The notes under the pieces: generated by a model
Databases searched by the model: none
Seen by the model: the letters and a program-made list of their open reading frames with translations, nothing else
Told to the model about the DNA's origin: nothing
In this document: positions 62,007 to 64,000 of the stretch, piece after piece
Layout: every line of letters begins with the position of its first letter
Position numbering within the stretch: position 1 is the stretch's first letter
Program-made: the position numbers and the translations under genes
Source: Macrostomum lignano
Lineage: Eukaryota
Direction of reading: 5' to 3'
NCBI GenBank assembly: GCA_002269645.1
Contig: NIVC01003401.1
Span: 35,600 to 99,599 of the forward strand
DNA length: 64,000 nucleotides

Positions 62007-63925
62007 GTAAGTTTATACTTGTACATACTGCATATTCTGTACATGGTTATCAGCTTATGCTAAATGTGCAGGTTTGCTTGATTTTTATAATTTCGCATAT
62101 ATTCGTTCAGACAAAGCATCGTACGTACATGTAAAAGCGCCTATATTTTGTATTGTCTCACGCATTATAATTTGGATTTCCAGCGGAGGCTTCTTCTCAT
62201 TATTCGGCATCCGCAAATCTAGTGAGATTAGTCAAAAGGGAAACATCAGTAGTCCCAGTGACTACGCATGTAAGTTTATCAACTATTACTTGTACATGAA
62301 AGTCCATACATGTATCATGCACACACGTAGATCATTTAAATAAATATGCAAAAAATGAAACTGCATGGTGTGTACATTTGAGCATGATGTACATTATCTG
62401 CACCTCTCTGCCAATTTAATTACATGTACATAAATCTTCCGGAAAATTCCTAATTCCAGGACAACGAGCAATACTACCAGATCACTGTTCATCACGATTT
62501 AAATCGATACAACAATTTAATTAAGGAGTTCGATCTTGCATTTGCTTTGCCAAATGTCGTGTCGAAAACAAACATCAGCTCATGGAATGTGTCCACGGTA
62601 AGTGTTCGATTAAATATTGCGCGCGCGTGTACATGCGTCATACATGAATTTCATATCGAGCATGTCAATTTGCTTTCTTTTTTACATGTATGTGTTTGTA
62701 CATCCGAAAACTAGCTGTAACGTACAATTACAATACATGAACTGCATAACGTTTTTCTTATTATTGCAGAGAGTTCAGTTGAAGTTTTCATTCTATTTCT
62801 ATGGTCATCGAGTCAGCCGTATTTCCATATCAACGAATGGTATGTGCAATTTTCTGTGTATGCCGCTGGCGCGGGTTGTTTTTTGTACATTTTGACTTGA
62901 GTTTCTATTCATCCAACAGCAGGCTAGCACTGAGCTCAGCTATCTGAGTTTGCACAGCAGAGAAGACAGAGAGAATTAAGACTTAAGATGCAAGAAGCAT
63001 TGCTTTATAGAAAATAGTTCGGCTTGATTAAAAAGCTGCACTGAAAGCTGTATTAGGAGGATAGAAATGCACGATGGCAGAAACTGTACAGCAATGTACA
63101 CGTATGGCGAGACTCGGCAATAAAGAGACGTGAAGATTCTTTTGGACTCAGAAATTGCTCTTACAGTAGTTTTTAGCGATGAAGAGAGAAAGATAAAAGA
63201 TGCATGGGCTTAGTCATAGTCTTCGGATCTAAAAATATGCAATCGCGTGTGCAGCTTGAATTGAGATGACAATGACAAGCTGGCTCAAGAGTGGGAGGGT
63301 TGAGAAACAGCTGAATTGTTGTCTAGAAGTGTGAGAGAGAAGTTTCATCTCTGGCCACGAGTGAGACTCGTGCAATAACATTGATAATTGTTTAAACACA
63401 CCATAACTCAACTAGAAAGACAGTGGAGTGTCATTGCAGACTGCACTTGAGTAGAGTATGAGCAGTTGGGTGTCAGATATGAGACAGAAGTGTGTCAGCA
63501 TAGAGACACTCGGGAGACAGAAGTGTGTCAGCATAGAGACACTCGGGAGACAGAAGTGTGTCAGCATAGAGACACTCGGGAGACAGAAGTGTTTTATCAG
63601 TTCAAGAGTGTCATGAGAGTTCCTGGAGCGAGATTCGCACACTTTAGACAAGTGGATCCAAAAAACTTGAAAGTGTGAACACGACTGTTTTCTGTAAATT
63701 TTATAGGCTTCATGACAATCTTGGAGGACGGCCACGAGCCCGGACCCTATCCGCAGTACATCGCTCCGTTTATGGCCAATTTTGGCTCAATGACAAATCA
63801 AAGCGGCTTAGACAATGACACCGCTGCAGAATCGAAACCCGTTGCTTCATTGACTTACGTGGCAACTAACACCTCTGTGTGGGTTCGATGGGCTAATCTG
63901 CCACTAATGCTTGGCAATGGAACTG
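61940..63925 (+). CDS. Plexin-domain-containing protein (PLXDC/TEM7-like), 5' part; spliced, continues right of window
   Basis: Exons 61940-62006, 62184-62269, 62460-62597, 62770-62839, 63707-63925 join in phase. Product: signal peptide MNRFLLAITACFLL.., RLVKR furin-like site, DNEQYYQI, RVQLKFSFYFYGHRVSRISISTNGF, QYIAPFMANF, VWVRW. These match remembered PLXDC motifs (RVNLSFDFPFYGH, QYIAPLMANF, VVQW). Confidence 0.8.
62184..62269 (+). CDS. PLXDC-like exon 2
   Basis: atttccag acceptor, GTAAGT donor, phase 1-0; EASSHYSASANLVRLVKRETSVVPVTTH. Confidence 0.7.
62460..62597 (+). CDS. PLXDC-like exon 3
   Basis: aattccag acceptor, GTAAGT donor, phase 0-0; DNEQYYQITV...SWNVST. Confidence 0.75.
62770..62839 (+). 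CDS. PLXDC-like exon 4
   Basis: attgcag acceptor, GTATGT donor, phase 0-1; RVQLKFSFYFYGHRVSRISISTN. Confidence 0.85.
63480..63590. repeat. 33-bp tandem repeat, ~3.3 copies, in PLXDC-like intron 4
   Basis: GAGACAGAAGTGTGTCAGCATAGAGACACTCGG repeated. Confidence 0.9.
63707..63925 (+). CDS. PLXDC-like exon 5
   Basis: tttatag acceptor, GTAAGA donor, phase 1-1; FMTI...QYIAPFMANF...VWVRW. Confidence 0.85.
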
Positions 63926-64000
63926 GTAAGATGATGATAGACTGGCGGTAGAGACTTGTACTGTACACTATAATGCTCACTGTTTTAGGATTTTAAATGA

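Overview
Eukaryotic (metazoan) DNA with spliceosomal introns. The minisatellite-stuffed introns and the GC-rich RTE LINE resemble free-living flatworm (Macrostomum-like) sequence; this is inference only. Most of the window is one giant minus-strand gene for a polycystin-1 (PKD1/PKD1L)-family receptor. I reconstructed it by hand from GT-AG sites and phase continuity: ATG at 55165, signal peptide, WSC domain, a long run of PKD/Ig-like domains, then the start of the REJ domain by ~8.4 kb. That is about 6.6 kb of coding sequence in >=23 exons over ~50 kb, and the C-terminal part should lie left of the window. One exon (42654-42931) looks dead (TGA plus frameshift). Nearly every large intron carries its own mini- or microsatellite, and several arrays sit in inverted orientation around exons. 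Divergently transcribed on the plus strand is a plexin-domain-containing (PLXDC/TEM7-like) gene: 5 exons from 61940, running off the right edge. Between the two genes are a degenerate, 3'-truncated RTE-type LINE and two MITEs; a 5'-truncated CORE-SINE lies in an intron. The most striking unexplained signal is a set of 8 full-length RFX X-box-like motifs lying inside coding exons of the PKD1-like gene, in all three codon phases. No CRISPR, rRNA or intact tRNA was found. The long ORFs over the repeats are artefacts.
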